From assembly GCF_009914755.1 (NCBI RefSeq), contig NC_060940.1: 64,000 nucleotides of DNA, one strand, 5' to 3'. This document shows, one piece after another, positions 12,614-28,695 of the stretch. The position numbers and the translations under genes are program-made. Within the stretch, counting starts at the first letter, position 1. Each line of letters opens with the position of its first letter. The stretch comes from the human T2T-CHM13v2.0 reference genome, Homo sapiens. The notes beneath the pieces were generated by a model. It searched no databases. It saw nothing but the letters and a program-made list of their open reading frames with translations, and was not told where the DNA came from.

Positions 12614-15600
12614 GATGATTCCACTCGATTCCATTTGATGATTATTCCATTGGAGTCCACTTAGTGAATCCTTTAGATTCTACTGGAAGATGATTCCATT
12701 CGAGTCCATTCGATGATACCATTCAATTCCATTCGTTGATGCTTCCATTCAAGTGCATTCGATGATATCATTCGATTCCATTTGATGATAATTCCATTTG
12801 ATTCCATGCGATGATTCTATTCGATTCCATTCAATGATAATTCCATTCAATTCAGTGATTCCTCTGGACTCCATTTGATGATGATTCCATTCAATGATTC
12901 CATTCGATTCTATTCGAAAATGATTCCATTTGAATCCATTTGATGATGATTCCATTGGATTCCATTTGATGATTCCATTCGATTCCATTCGATGATGATT
13001 CCATTCGATTCCATTTGATGATTCCATTCTATTGCATTCGATGATGATTCCATTCGATTCCATTCGATGATGATTGGATTCGATTCCATTGGATTCCATT
13101 CGATAATGATTTCGATCAATTCCATTCGATGATTCCATTCGATTCCATTCGATAATGATTACATCCGAGTCCATTCGATGATTCCATTTGAGCCCGTTCG
13201 ATAATTCCATTTGAGTCCAATCAATGATTCCATTCATTTCCATTCAATGATTCCATTCGAGTCCATTTGATCATTCCGGTAGGGTCCGTTCGATGTTGAT
13301 TCCATTGGAGTGCATTCGATGATTCCATTCGAGTCCATTTTAGGATTTGATTCGAGTCCTTTCGATGATTCCATTCGATTCCACTCGATGATTTCATTCG
13401 AGTCCATTCGACACTTCCAATCGATTCCATTTGATGTTTCCATTCGATTCCAATTGATGATTCCATTCAATTCCATTCGATGATGATTCCGTACGATTCC
13501 ATTCTGTGATGATTCCATGTGATTGCAATCAATGATGATTCCTTTCGATTGCATTCGATTATGATTCATTTCGTGTTCATTCTATGGTTCCACAGGTTTC
13601 CATTCGATGATGTTTCCATTCGTTTCCATTCCATTATTAGATTCTATTCCATTTGAAGATGATTCCATTCGATTCCATTCATTGGTGATTCCACTCAATT
13701 CCATTCAATGATTCCATTCCATTTCTTTCAACAATGATTCCATTAGTTTCTATTCGATGATCCACTTGATTCCATTTGACGATGATTCCATTCGTGTCCA
13801 TTCGATGATTCCATTTGATTCCATATGATGATGATTCCATTCGATTCCATACGATGATGATTCCATTCGAGTCCATTCAATGGTGATTCCATTCAATTCC
13901 ATTCGATGATTCCTTTCGATTCCATTCAATGATGATGGCATTCGATTCCTTTCGATCATTCCCTTTGATTCCATTCAAAGGTGATTTCATTCAAGTCCAT
14001 TCGATAATTGCATTCGATTCCATTCTATGATGATTCCATTCGAGTCCATTTGATGATTCCATTCAATTCAAGTCAATGATGATTCCATTCGATTCCACTC
14101 GATGATTCCATTGGATTCCATTCGATGATGATTCCATTCAAATCCATTCGATAATTCAATTCAAGTCCATTCGATGATGATTCCAATCGAATCCATTCAA
14201 AGATTCCACTCAATTCCATTCGATGATGATTCCCTTAGATTCCATTCGATGATTCCACTTGATTCCATTTACGATGATTCCATTCGATTCCATGTGATGA
14301 TTCCATTCAATTCTATTCAATGATGTTTCCACTTGATTCCATTCGAACATGATTGCCTTTGATTCCATTCAATGATTCCATACGGTTCCATTTGATGATG
14401 ATTCCATTCGAGTGCATTAGATGATTCCATTCGAGTCCATTCGATGATTCCATTCGATTCCATTCGATGTTGATTCTGTTCAAATCCATTCGATGATTCC
14501 ACTCGATTCCATTCGATGACTCCATTTGATCCCATTCGATGATTTCCTTTGATTCCCTTTGATGATCATTCCATTTGATTCAATTCGGTGATTTCATTTG
14601 ATTCCATTCAGTGATGTTTCCATTCAACTCCTTTCGATGATGATTCCATTCGACTCCATTCGATTATGATTTCATTCAATTCCATTCGATAATGATTCCC
14701 TTCAAGTCCATTCGATGATTCCATTCGATTCCATTCAACGATGATTTGATTCGTGTCCATTCGATGATTCCATTTGATTCCATTTGATGATGATTCCATT
14801 CGAGTCCCTTTCATGATTCCATTCAATTCCATTCTCCGATGATTTCTTTTGAGCCCATTCAATGCTTCCACTCGATTCCATATGATGATGACTCCATTTG
14901 ATGAAATTCCATGATGATTCCATTCGCTTGCATTCGATGATGATTCCACTTGAGTCCGTTAGAAGATTCTATTCAATTACATTCCATGACGATTCTGTTC
15001 GAGTCCATTTGATGATTCCATTAGACTCCATTCGACGATGATTCCATTCGATGTTATTCGATGATGATTCCATTCAACTCCATTCGATGTTTCCATTCGA
15101 GTTCATTCTATTATTCCATTAGATTCCATTCGATGATGATTCCATTCGATTCCATTTGATGATTGCATTCTGTTTCATTTGATGATGATTCCATTCGAGT
15201 CCATTCGATGATTCCATTCGAGTCCATTTAATGAATCCATTGGTTTCAATTCTATGATGATTACATTGGATTCCATTCGTTGATGATTTCATTCGATTCC
15301 ATTCAATGATGATTCCATTCAATTCCATTCAATGATTCCATTCAATTCCATACGATGATGATTCCATTTGATTTGATTCGACAGTGAGCCATTCGATTCA
15401 ATTCCATGATGATTCTATTTGATTCAATTGGTTGACATTTCCATTCGATTCCATTCGATGATGATTCCATTTGATTCCATTCAAAGATGATTCCATTCTA
15501 GCCCATTCAATCATTCCATTCGATTCTATTCAATGATGATTCCATTCATGTCGATTTGGTGATTCCATTTGACTTCATTTGATGATGATTCCTTTCAAGT

Positions 15601-17109
15601 TCATTAGATGATTCCATTCGATTCCATTTGATGATGATCCCATTCGAGTCCATTCAGTGATTCCACTCGTTTCCATTCCATGATGATTCCATTCCATTCC
15701 ATTCAATGATTCCATTCGATTCCGTTTGATGATGATTTCATTCGAGTCCATTTGATGATTCCATTTGATTCCATTCGATGATGATTACATTCGAGTCCAT
15801 ACGATGATTCCACTCAATTCCATATGATGATGATTCCATTCGATTCCATTCGATGATTCCATTCTATTCTATTCAATGGTGATTCCATTCGAGTACATTA
15901 GATGATTCCATTCGATTCCATTCAATGATGATTCTATTTGTGTCCCTTAGATGGTTCCACATGATTCCATTTCATGATGATACTATTTGAGCCCATCCAA
16001 TGATTCCCTTCGATTCTATTCGATGAGGATTCCATTCGATTCAATTCATTGGTGATTCTATTCAATTCAATTCTTTGATTCCATTCCATTCCATTCGACA
16101 ATGATTCCATTCGATTTCTTTCGATGATTCCACTCGATTCCACTTGACATTGATTCCATTCGATTCCATTCAATGATTCCGTTTGATTCCAGTGGATGAT
16201 GATTGCCATCGATTCCATTCGATCACTCCATTCTATTCCATTTGATGATGATTACATTCGATTCCATTTGATGATTCCATCTGATTCTATTCGAGGATTC
16301 CATTTGATTCCATTCGATGATGATTCCATTCGAGTGCATTCGATGATTTCATTCGAGTACATCCAATGATTCCATTCGAGTCCATTTGATGATTACATTT
16401 AATTCCATTTGATTATGATTCTACTAGAGTCCATTCAATGACTCCATTCGAATCCATTCAACAATTCCATTCGAGGCCATTCGATGATTCCATTTCATGA
16501 TTCCATTCCAGTCCATTTAATCATTACAGTCGAGTCCATTTGGTGATTCCACTGGATTTCTTTTGATAATGATACCATTCAATTACATTTGATGATGATC
16601 CCATTCAATTTCATTTGATGGTGATTCCATTAGAGTCCATTCGATGATTTCATTCGAGTCCCTTCATTGATTCCATCCGATTTCATTTGATGATGACTCC
16701 ATTCGAGTCCATTCGATGATTCCACTCGATTCCTTTAGATGATTTCATTGGAGTCCATTTGATTGTTCCATTCGATTCTATTCGATTCCTTTCGAAGATT
16801 ATTCCGTTTGAGTCCATTCGATGATGATTCCATTCCATTCCATTCGATGATTCCGTTTGATTCCATTCGATGATTCCCTTCGATTCCTTTCTTTGATGAT
16901 TCCATTCCATTCCATTCAATGATTCCATTCGAATCTATTCCATGATGATACCTTTCGATTCCATTCGCTGATGTTTCCGTTCAATTCCATTCGATGATGA
17001 TTCCATTCGATTCCATTCATTGAGGATTCCATTTGATTCCATTCAATGATGATTCCATTCTATTCCATTCAATGATTGCATTCAATTCCATTCAATGATT
17101 ATCCCATTA

Positions 17110-20100
17110 GAGTAAACTCAACGATTCCATTCAATACCATTCGATGATGATTCCTTTTGAGTCCATTCAATGATTTCATTCAAGTCCATTTGATGATTCC
17201 TTTCAATTCCATTCTATGATGATTCCATTCGAGTCCATTCGATGATTCCATTCGATTGCATTCGATGATTCCATTATATTCCATTCAACAATGATTCCAT
17301 TCGAGTCCATTCCATGATTCCATTAGAGTATATTTAATGATTGCTTTGTTTTCAATTCGAAGATGATTACATTGGATTCCATTCTATGATACCATTCGAT
17401 TCCATTCAATGATGATTCCACTCAAATCCATTGGATGATTCCATTCGTGTCCATTCGGTGATTTCATTAGATTCCATTCGAGGATGATTCCATTCGATTC
17501 CATTCGATGATTCCATTCAATTCCATTCGATGATGATTCCATTCCAGTCCATATGATCATTCCATTTAATTTCATTCGATGATGATTCCATTCGATTCCA
17601 TTCGACGATTCCATTCTATTCCATTCGATGATGATTCCATTCGAATCCATTCGATGATTCCATTCGAGTCCATTTAATGATTCCATTGGGTTCAATTCAA
17701 TGATGATTACATTGGATTCCGTTCTATGATTCCATTCAATTCCGTTCATTGACAATTTGATTCCATTCGATGATGATTCCATTTGAGTTCATTCGATGAT
17801 TCTATTCGATTCTCTTCGATGGTGATTCAATTCTATTATATTGGATGATTCCATTCGATTCCATTTGATGTTGATTCAATTCGATTCTATTCGATGATGA
17901 TTCCATTGGATTTCACTTGATGATTCTATTCGATTCCATTCAATGATGATTCACTTCTCGTCCATTGGATGATTCCATTTCATTCCATTCGATGATGATT
18001 CCATTCGATTCCATTCGATGATTCCATTTGATTCCATGCGTCGGTGAGCAATTCGATTCAATTCCATGATGAATCTATTTGATTCAATTAGATGATGTTT
18101 CCATTCGAATCCATTCCATGATTATTCCATTGGAATCCATTCGGCGATGATTCCATATAAGTCAATTCAATGATGATTCCATATGGGTCCGTTCGATGAT
18201 AATTCCATTTGATTTCATTCGGTGCTTCTATTCAATTCCAGTCGATGATGATTCCGTTGGAGTCCATACGATGATTCCATTTGATTTCATTTGATGATGA
18301 TTCCATTCGATGATGATTACATTGGATTCCATTCTATGATTCCATTCAATTCCATTCGTTGATGATTCGATTCCATTCAATGATGATTCCATTTGAGTTC
18401 ATTCGATGATTCTATTCGATTCCGTTCGATGGTGATTCAATTCTCTTATATTGGATGATTCCACTCGATTCCATTTGATGATAATTCCATTGGAGTCCAC
18501 TTAGTGAATCCTTTAGATTCTACTCGAAGATGATTCCATTCGAGTCCATTCGATGATACCATTCAATTCCATTCGTTGATGCTTCCATTCAAGTGCATTC
18601 GATGATATCATTCGGTTCCATTTGATGATAATTCCATTTGATTCCATGCGATGATTCTATTCGATTCCATTCAATGATAATTCCATTCAATTCAGTGATT
18701 CCTCTGGACTCCATTTGATGATGATTCCATTCAATGATTCCATTCGATTCTATTCGAAAATGATACCATTTGAATCCATTTGATGATGATTCCATTAGAT
18801 TCCATTTGATGATTCCATTCGATTCCATTTGACGATGATTCCATTCGATTCCATTTGATGATTCCATTCTATTCTATTCGATGATGATTCCATTCGATTC
18901 CATTCGATGATGATTGGATTCGATTCCATTTGATGATTTCATTTGATTCCATTCGTTAATGATTTCGATCAATTCCATTCGATGATTCCATTCGATTCGA
19001 TTCGATAATGATTACATCCGAGTCCATTCGGTGATTCCATTTGAGCCTGTTCGATAATTCCATTTGAGTCCAACCAATGATTCCATTCATTTCCATTCAA
19101 TGATTCCGTTCGAGTCCATTTGATCATTCCGGTATTGTCCATTCGATGTTGATTCCATTGGAGTGCATTCGATGATTCCATTCGAGTCCATTTTATGATT
19201 TGATTCGAGTCCTTTCGATGATTCCATTCGATTCCACTCGATGATGATTTCATTCGAGTCCATTCGACACTTCCAATCGATTCCATTTGATGTTTCCCTT
19301 CGAGTCCAATTGATGATTCCATTCAATTCCATTCGATGATGATTCCGTACGATTCCATTCTGTGATGATTCCATGTGATTGCATTCAATGATGATTCCTT
19401 TCGATTGCATTCGATTATGATTCATTTCGTGTTCATTCTATGGTTCCACAGGTTTCCATTCGTGTCCATTCCATTATTCCATTCTATTCCATTTGATGAT
19501 GATTCCATTCGATTCCATTCATTGGTGATTCCACTCAATTCCATTCAATGATTCCATTCCATTTCTTTCAACAATGATTCCATTAGTTTCTAATCGATGA
19601 TCCACTTGATTCCATTTGACGACGATTCCATTCTTGTCCATTCGATGATTCCATTTGATTCCATATGATGATGATTCCATTCGATTCCATACGATGATGA
19701 TTCCATTCGAGTCCATTCAATGGTGATTCCATTCAATTCCATTCGATGATTCCTTTCGATTCCATTCGATGATGATGGCATTCGATTCCTTTCAATCATT
19801 CCCTTTGATTCCATTCAAAGGTGATTTCATTCAAGTCCATTCGATAATTGCATTCGATTCCATTCTATGATGATTCCATTCGAGTCCATTTGATGATTCC
19901 ATTCAATTCAAGTCAATGATGATTCCATTCGATTCCATTCGATGATTCCATTGGATTCCATTCGATGATGATTCCATTCAAATCCATTCGATAATTCAAT
20001 TCAAGTCCATTCGATGATGATTAAAATCGAATCCATTCAAAGATTCCATTCAGTTCCATTCGATGATTCCCTTAGATTCCATTCGATGATTCCACTTGAT

Positions 20101-23100
20101 TCCATTTACGATGATTCCATTCGATTCCATGTGATGATTCCATTCAATTCTATTCAATGCTGTTTCCATTTGATTCCATTCGACCATGATTGCCTTTGAT
20201 TCCATTCAATGACTCCATTCGGTTCCTTTTGATGATGATTCCGTTCGATTCCATTTCATTATTCCATTTGATTCCATTGGATGAGTCCATTCGATTACAT
20301 TCGATGATTATTCCATTCGAGTGCATTAGATGATTCCATTCGAGTCCATTCGATGATTCCATTCGATTCCATTCGATGTTGATTCTGTTCAAATCCATTC
20401 GATGATTCCACTCGATTCCATTCGATGACTCCAGTTGATCCCATTCGATGATTTCCTTTGATTCCCTTTGATGATCATTCCATTTGATTCAATTCGGTGA
20501 TTTCATTTGATTCCATTCAGTGATGTTTCCATTCGACTCCATTCGATGATGATTCCATTCGACTCCATTCGATTATGATTTCATTCAATTCCATTCGATA
20601 ATGATTCCCTTCGAGTCCATTCGATGATTCCATTCGATTCCATTCAACGATGATTTGATTCGTGTCCATTCGATGATTCCATTTGATTCCACTTGATGAT
20701 GATTCCATTCGAGTCCATTTGATGATTCCATTCAATTCCATTCTCCGATGATTTCTTTTGAGCCCACTCAATGCTTCCACTCGATTCCATATGATGATGA
20801 CTCCATTCGATGAAATTCGATGATGATTCCATTCGCTTGCATTCGATGATGATTCCACTTGAGTCCATTAGAAGATTCTATTCAATTACATTCCATGACG
20901 ATTCCGTTCGAGTCCATTTGATGATTCCATTAGACTCCATTGGACGATGATTCCATTCGATGTTATTCGATGATTCCATTCGATCTCATTTGATGATGAT
21001 TCCATTCAACTCCATTCGATGTTTCCATTCGAGTTCATTCTATTATTCCATTAGATTCCATTCGATGATGATTCCATTCGATTCCATTTGATGATTGCAT
21101 TCTATTTCATTTGATGATGATTCCATTCGAGTCCACTCGATGATTCCATTCGAGTCCATTTAATGAATCCATTGGTTTCAATTCTATGATGATTACATTG
21201 GATTCCATTCGTTGATGATTTCATTCGGTTCCATTCAATGATGATTCCATTCAATTCCTTTCAATGTTTCCATTCAATTCCATACGATGATGATTCCATT
21301 TGATTTGATTCGACAGTGAGCCATTCGATTCAATTCCATGATGATTCTATTTGATTCCATTGGTTGACATTTCCATTCGATTCCATTCGATGATGATTCC
21401 CTTTGATTCCATTCAAAGATGATTCCATTCTAGCCCATTCAATCATTCCATTCGATTCTATTCAATGATGATTCCATTCATGTCGATTTGGTGATTCCAT
21501 TTGACTTCATTTGATGATGATTCCTTTCAAGTTCATTAGATGATTCCATTCGATTCCATTTGATGATGATCCCATTCGAGTCCATTCAGTGATTCCACTC
21601 GTTTCCATTCCATGATGATTCCATTCCATTCCATTCAATGATTCCATTCGATTCCGTTTGATGATGATTTCATTCGAGTCCATTTGATGATTCCATTTGA
21701 TTCCATTCGATGATGATTCCATTCGAGTCCATTCGATGATTCTATTCGAATCCATTTGATGATTTCTTTTGATTATATTTGGTGATGATTCCATTGGAGT
21801 CCATTCAATGATTCCATTCGATTCCAATCGATGGTGATTCCATTAGAGTCCATTTAACGATTCCATTTGATTCCAGTCTCTGATGATTACATTCGAGTCC
21901 ATACGACGATTCCACTCAATTCCATATGATGATGATTCCATTCGATTCCATTCGATGATTCCATTCTATTCTATTCAATGGTGATTCCGTTCGAGTACAT
22001 TAGATGATTCCATTCGATTCCATTCAATGATGATTCTATTTGTGTCCCTTAGATGATTCCACATGATTCCATTAGATGATGATACTATTTGAGCCCATCC
22101 AATGATTCCCTTCGATTCCATTCGATGAGGATTCCATTCGATTCAATTCATTGGTGATTCTATTCAATTCAATTCTTTGATTCCATTCCATTCCATTCGA
22201 CAATGATTCCATTCGATTTCTTTCGATGATTCCACTCGATTCCACTTGACATTGATTCCCTTCGATTCCATTCAATGATTCCATTTGATTCCAGTGGATG
22301 ATGATTGCCATCGATTCCATTCGATCACTCCATTCTATTCCATTTGATGATGATTACATTCGATTCCATTTGACGATTCCATCTGATTCTATTCGAGGAT
22401 TCCATTTGATTCCATTCGATGATGATTCCATTCGAGTCCATTCGATGATTTCATTCGAGTACATCCAATGATTCCATTCGAGTCCATTTGATGATTCCAT
22501 TTGATTCCATTTGATAATGATTCTACTAGAGTCCATTCAATGACTCCATTGGAGTCCATTCAACAATTCCATTCGACTCCATTTGATGATTCCATTCGAT
22601 TCCATTTGATGATTCCATTCGAGTCCATTTAATCATTACAGTCGAGTCCATTTGGTGATTCCACCGGATTTCTTTTGATAATGATACCATTCAATTACAT
22701 TTGATGATGATCCCATTCAATTTCATTTGATGGTGATTCCATTAGAGTCCATTCGATGATTTCATTCGAGTCCCTTCATTGATTCCATCTGATTTCATTG
22801 TATGATGACTCCATTCGAGTCCATTCGATGATTCCACTCGATTCCATTAGATGATTCCATTGGAGTCCATTTGATTGTTCCATTCGATTCCATTCGATTC
22901 CTTTCGAAGATTATTCCATTTGAGTCCATTCGATGATGATTCCATTCCATTCCATTCGATGATTCCGTTTGATTCCATTCGATGATTCCCTTCGATTCCT
23001 TTCTTTGATGATTCCATTCCATTCCATTCAATGATTCCATTCGAATCTATTCCATGATGATTCCTTTCGATTCCATTCGCTGATGTTTCCGTTCAATTCC

Positions 23101-23221
23101 ATTCGATGATGATTCCATTCGATTCCATTCATTGAGGATTCCATTTGATTCCATTCAATGATGATTCCGTTCTATTCCATTCAATGATTGCATTCAATTC
23201 CATTCAATGATTATCCCCTTA
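17110..23221 (+). repeat. Higher-order unit A2 (6,112 bp)
   Basis: Landmarks 17110 and 23222. Same A-diagnostic alleles as A1. Confidence 0.9.
18080..18090 (-). promoter_or_regulatory. Candidate DUX4 binding motif TAATTGAATCA
   Basis: Identical motif at the homologous unit position. Confidence 0.5.
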
Positions 23222-24191
23222 GAGTAAACTCAACGATTCCTTTCAATACCATTCGATGATGATTCCTTTTGAGTCCATTCAATGATTTCATTCAAGTCCA
23301 TTTGATGATTCCTTTCAATTCCATTCTATGATGATTCCATTCGAGTCCATTCGATGATTCCATTCGATTGCATTCGATGATTCCATTATATTCCAGTCAA
23401 CGATGATTCCATTCGAGTCCATTCGATGATTCCATTAGAGTACATTTAATGATTGCTTTGTTTTCAATTCGAAGATGATTACATTGGATTCCATTCTATG
23501 ATACCATTCGATTCCATTCAATGATGATTCCACTCAAATCCATTGGATGATTCCATTCGTGTCCATTCGGTGATTTCATTAGATTCCATTCGAGGATGAT
23601 TCCATTCGATTCCATTCGATGATTCCATTCAATTCCATTCGATGATGATTCCATTCCAGTCCATATGATCATTCCATTTGATTTCATTCGATGATGATTC
23701 CATTCGATTCCATTCGATGATTCCATTCAATTCCATTCGATGATGATTCCATTCGAGTCCATTCGATGATTCCATTCGAGTCCATTTAATGATTCCATTG
23801 GGTTCAATTCAATGATGATTACATTGGATTCCGTTCTATGATTCCATTCAATTCCGTTCATTGACAATTTGATTCCATTCGATGATGATTCCATTTGAGT
23901 TCATTCGATGATTCTATTCGATTCTCTTCGATGGTGATTCAATTCTATTATATTGGATGATTCCATTCGATTCCATTTGATGTTGATTCAATTCGATTCT
24001 ATTCGATGATGATTCCATTGGATTTCACTTGATGATTCTATTCGATTCCATTCAATGATGATTCACTTCTCGTCCATTGGATGATTCCATTTCATTCCAT
24101 TCGATGATGATTCCATTCGATTCCATTCGATGATTCCATTTGATTCCATGCGACGGTGAGCAATTCGATTCAATTCCATGATGATTCTATT

Positions 24192-24202
24192 TGATTCAAT
24201 TA
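24192..24202 (-). promoter_or_regulatory. Candidate DUX4 binding motif TAATTGAATCA
   Basis: Identical motif at the homologous unit position. Confidence 0.5.
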
Positions 24203-26864
24203 GATGATGTTTCCATTCGAATCCATTCCATGATTATTCCATTGGAATCCATTTGGCGATGATTCCATATGAGTCAATTCAATGATGATTCCATATGGGT
24301 CCGTTCGATGAAAATTCCATTTGATTTCATTCAATGCTTCTATTCTATTCCAGTCGATGATGATTCCGTTGGAGTCCATACGATGATTCCATTTGATTTC
24401 ATTTGATGATGATTCCATTCGATGATGATTACATTGGATTCCATTCTATGATTCCATTCAATTCCATTCGTTGATGATTCGATTCCATTCAATGATGATT
24501 CCATTTGAGTTCATTCGATGATTCTATTCGATTCCGTTCGATGGTGATTCAATTCTATTATATTGGATGATTCCACTCTATTCCATTTGATGATTATTCC
24601 ATTGGAGTCCACTTAGTGAATCCTTTAGATTCTACTCGAAGATGATTCCATTCGAGTCCATTCAATGATACCATTCAATTTCATTCGTTGATGCTTCCAT
24701 TCAAGTGCATTCGATGATATCATTCGATTCCATTTGATGATAATTCCATTTGATTCCATGCGATGATTCTATTCGATTCCATTCAATGATAATTCCATTC
24801 AATTCAGTGATTCCTCTGGACTCCATTTGATGATGATTCCATTCAATGATTCCATTCGATTCTATTCCAAAATGATTCCATTTGAATCCATTTGATGATG
24901 ATTCCATTAGATTCCATTTGATGATTCCATTCGATTGCCTTTGACGATGATTCCATTCGATTCCATTTGATGATTCCATTCTATTCTATTCGATGATGAT
25001 TCCATTCGATTCCATTTGATGATGATTGGATTCGATTCCATTTGATGATTTCATTTGATTCCATTCTTTAATGATTTCGATCAATTCCATTCGATGATTC
25101 CATTTGATTCCATTCGATAATGATTACATCCGAGTCCATTCGATGATTCCATTTGAGCCCGTTCGATAATTCCATTTGAGTCCAATCAATGATTCCATTC
25201 ATTTCCATTCAATGATTCCATTCGAGTCCATTTGATCATTCTGGTAGGGTCCGTTCGATGTTGATTCCATTGGAGTGCATTCGATTATTCCAGTCGAGTC
25301 CATTTTATGATTTGATTCGAGTCCTTTCGATGATTCCATTCGATTCCACTCGATGATGATTTCATTCGAGTCCATTCGACACTTCCAATCGATTCCATTT
25401 GATGTTTCCATTCGAGTCCAATTGATGATTCCATTCAATTCCATTCGATGATGATTCCGTACGATTCCATTCTGTGATGATTCCATGTGATTGCATTCAA
25501 TGATGATTCCTTTCGATTGCATTCGATTATGATTCATTTCGTGTTCATTCTATGGTTCCACAGGTTTCCATTCGATGACGTTTCCGTTCGTGTCCATTCC
25601 ATTATTCCATTCTATTTCATTTGATGATGATTCCATTCGATTCCATTCATTGGTGATTCCACTCAATTCCATTCAATGATTCCATTCCATTTCTTTCAAC
25701 AATGATTCCATTAGTTTCTATTCGACGATCCACTTGATTCCATTTGGCGATGATTCCATTCGTGTCCATTCGATGATTCCATTTGATTCCATATGAGGAT
25801 GATTCCATTCGATTCCATACGATGATGATTCCATTCGAGTCCATTCAATGGTGATTCCATTCAATTCCATTCGATGATTCCTTCCGATTCCATTCGATGA
25901 TGATAGCATTCGATTCCTTTCAATCATTCCCTTTGATTCCATTCAAAGGTGATTTCATTCAAGTCCATTCGATAATTGCATTCGATTCCATTCTATGATG
26001 ATTCCATTCGAGTCCATTTGATGATTCCATTCAATTCAAGTCAATGATGATTCCATTCAATTCCACTCGATGATTCCATTGGATTCCATTCGATGATGAT
26101 TCCATTCAAATCCATTCGATAATTCAATTCAAGTCCATTCGATGATGATTCCAATCGAATCCATTCAAAGATTCCATTCAATTCCATTCGATGATGATTC
26201 CCTTAGATTCCATTCGATGATTCCACTTGATTCCATTTACGATGATTCCATTCGATTCCATGTGATGAATCCATTCAATTCTATTCAATGATGTTTCCAT
26301 TTGATTCCATTGGACCATGATTGCCTTTGATTCCATTCAATGATTCCATTCGGTTCCATTTGATGATGATTCCGTTCGATTCCATTTCATTATTCCATTT
26401 GATTCCATTGGATGAGTCCATTCGATTACATTCGATGATTATTCCATTCTAGTGCATTAGATGATTGCATTCGAGTCCATTCGATGATTCCATTCGATTC
26501 CATTCGATGTTGATTCTGTTCAAATCCATTCGATGATTCCACTCGATTCCAATCGATGACTCCATTTGATCCCATTCGATGATTTCCTGTGATTCCCTTT
26601 GATGATCATTCTATTTGATTCAATTCGGTGATTTCATTTCATTCCATTCAGTGATGTTTCCATTCGACTGTATTCGATGATGATTCCATTCGACTCCATT
26701 CGATTATGATTTCATTCAATTCCATTCAATAATGATTCCCTTCGAGTCCATTCGATGATTCCATTCGATTCCATTCAACGATGATTTGATTCGTTTCCAT
26801 TCGATGATTCCATTTGATTCCACTTGATGATGATTCCATTCGAGTCCATTTGATGATTCCATTG

Positions 26865-28695
26865 GAGTTTATTTATGTATTATATTCGTGTCCACTTCAT
26901 GATTCCATTCAATTCCATTTAATGTTGATTCCATTTGATTCCATTTGATGATTCAGTTCGATTCCTTGCAATGATTCCCTACGATTCCTTTCTATGATGA
27001 TTCCATTCGATTCCATTCATTGATGATTTCATTCGACTCCATTCGATGATGATTCCTTTCGATTCCATTTGACGATGTTTCCATTCGAGTCCATTCGATG
27101 ATGATTCTATTCAATTGTGTTCTATTATGATTCCGTTCGATTTCATTCAATGCTTCTATTTGATTCCATTCGATGATGATTCCATCTCTTTCCCTTCGAT
27201 GATTCCATTTGATTCCATTCAGTGATGATTCCATTTGATTCCATCTGATGATGATTTCACTTGATTCCTTTCAATGATGATTCAATTCAAGTCCATTCGA
27301 TGATTCCATTGGAGTCCAAACGATCATTCCGTTCGATTCCATTCAATGGTGATTCCATTCATGTCCATTCGATGAATCCATTCAATTCCATTCGATGATG
27401 ACTCCATTCGAGTACATTCGATGATTCCATTTGATTCCATTTGAAGATGATTCCATTCAATTCCATTCGAAGATGATTCCATTCAATTCCATTCGATGAT
27501 GATTCCGTATGAATCCATTCTCTGATTATTCCATTCGATTCCATTCATTGACGATTCCATTCAATTCCATTCAATGATGATTCTCTTCTATTCCATTCGA
27601 TGATTCCGGTCGATTCCATTCGATGATGATTCCATTAGATTCCATTCGATTGTTGCATTCGATTCCCTTCGATGATGATTCCTTTGAATTCCATTCGATT
27701 ATCATTCCGTATGAATCCATTTGATGATTATTCCATTGGATTCCTTTCGATGATGATTCCATTCGATTCCATTTGATGATGTTTCTCTTGTATTCCATTG
27801 GATAATTCCTTTCCGTTCCCTTCGATGATTATTCTTTCGAGTCAATTCGATGATTCTATTCCATTCCCTTCGATGATGATTCCATTTCACTCCATTTGAT
27901 GATTCCATTCGACTCAATTTGGTGATGATTCAATTCGATGACATTCGATGACTCCATTCAATTTCATTTGATGATGATTACATTCGAGTCCATTTGATGA
28001 TTGTATTCCTTTCCTTTTGATGATTATTCCATTCGTGTCTATTCAAAGGTTCCATTCTATTCCATTCAATGATGATTGCATTTGATTCCATTCAATGATT
28101 ATGGCTATCGATTCCACTCGTTGATTCCATTTGATTCCGTTCGATGATTATTCCGTTAGATTCCATTAGAAGATTCCATTCGATTTTATTCAATGATTCC
28201 AATGGATTCCATTCAATGATGATTCCATTCGACTCCATTCAGTGATTCCATTCGAGTCCATTTGATGATTCCATTCTTTTCCATTTGATGATGATTCCAT
28301 TAGGGTCCATTCAATGATTCCATTCGAGTCCATTCGTTAATGCCTTTCGAGTCCTTTTGATCACTACATTCGAGTCCATTCAATGATTCTATTCGATTCC
28401 ATTCCATGATGATTCCATTCGAGTTCATTCGATGATTGCATTCGAGTCCATTTGATGATTCCATATGATTCCATTCGACAATGATTCCATTCGTGTCCAT
28501 TTGATGATTCCATTCATTTCCTATCGATGAAGATTCCATTCAAGTGTATTCGATGATTCCATTCAAATCCATTCGATGATGATTCCATTCCAGTCCATTC
28601 GATCATTCCACTTGATTCCATTTGATGACTATTCCATTCAAATCCATTTGATGATTCCATTCGATTCCATTCGATGTTACCATTCGAGTATATAC
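26865..28695 (+). repeat. Segment X copy 2
   Basis: Near-identical to 10783-12613 at offset 16,082. Confidence 0.88.

Larger units (their letters stand above)
7163..17109 (+). repeat. Higher-order unit BC1 (9,947 bp = 9,983 minus private 23-bp and 13-bp deletions)
   Basis: Head + core B (8507-10782) + X (10783-12613) + core C (12614-14824) + C tail. Private deletions near 8850 and 13090. Confidence 0.9.
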
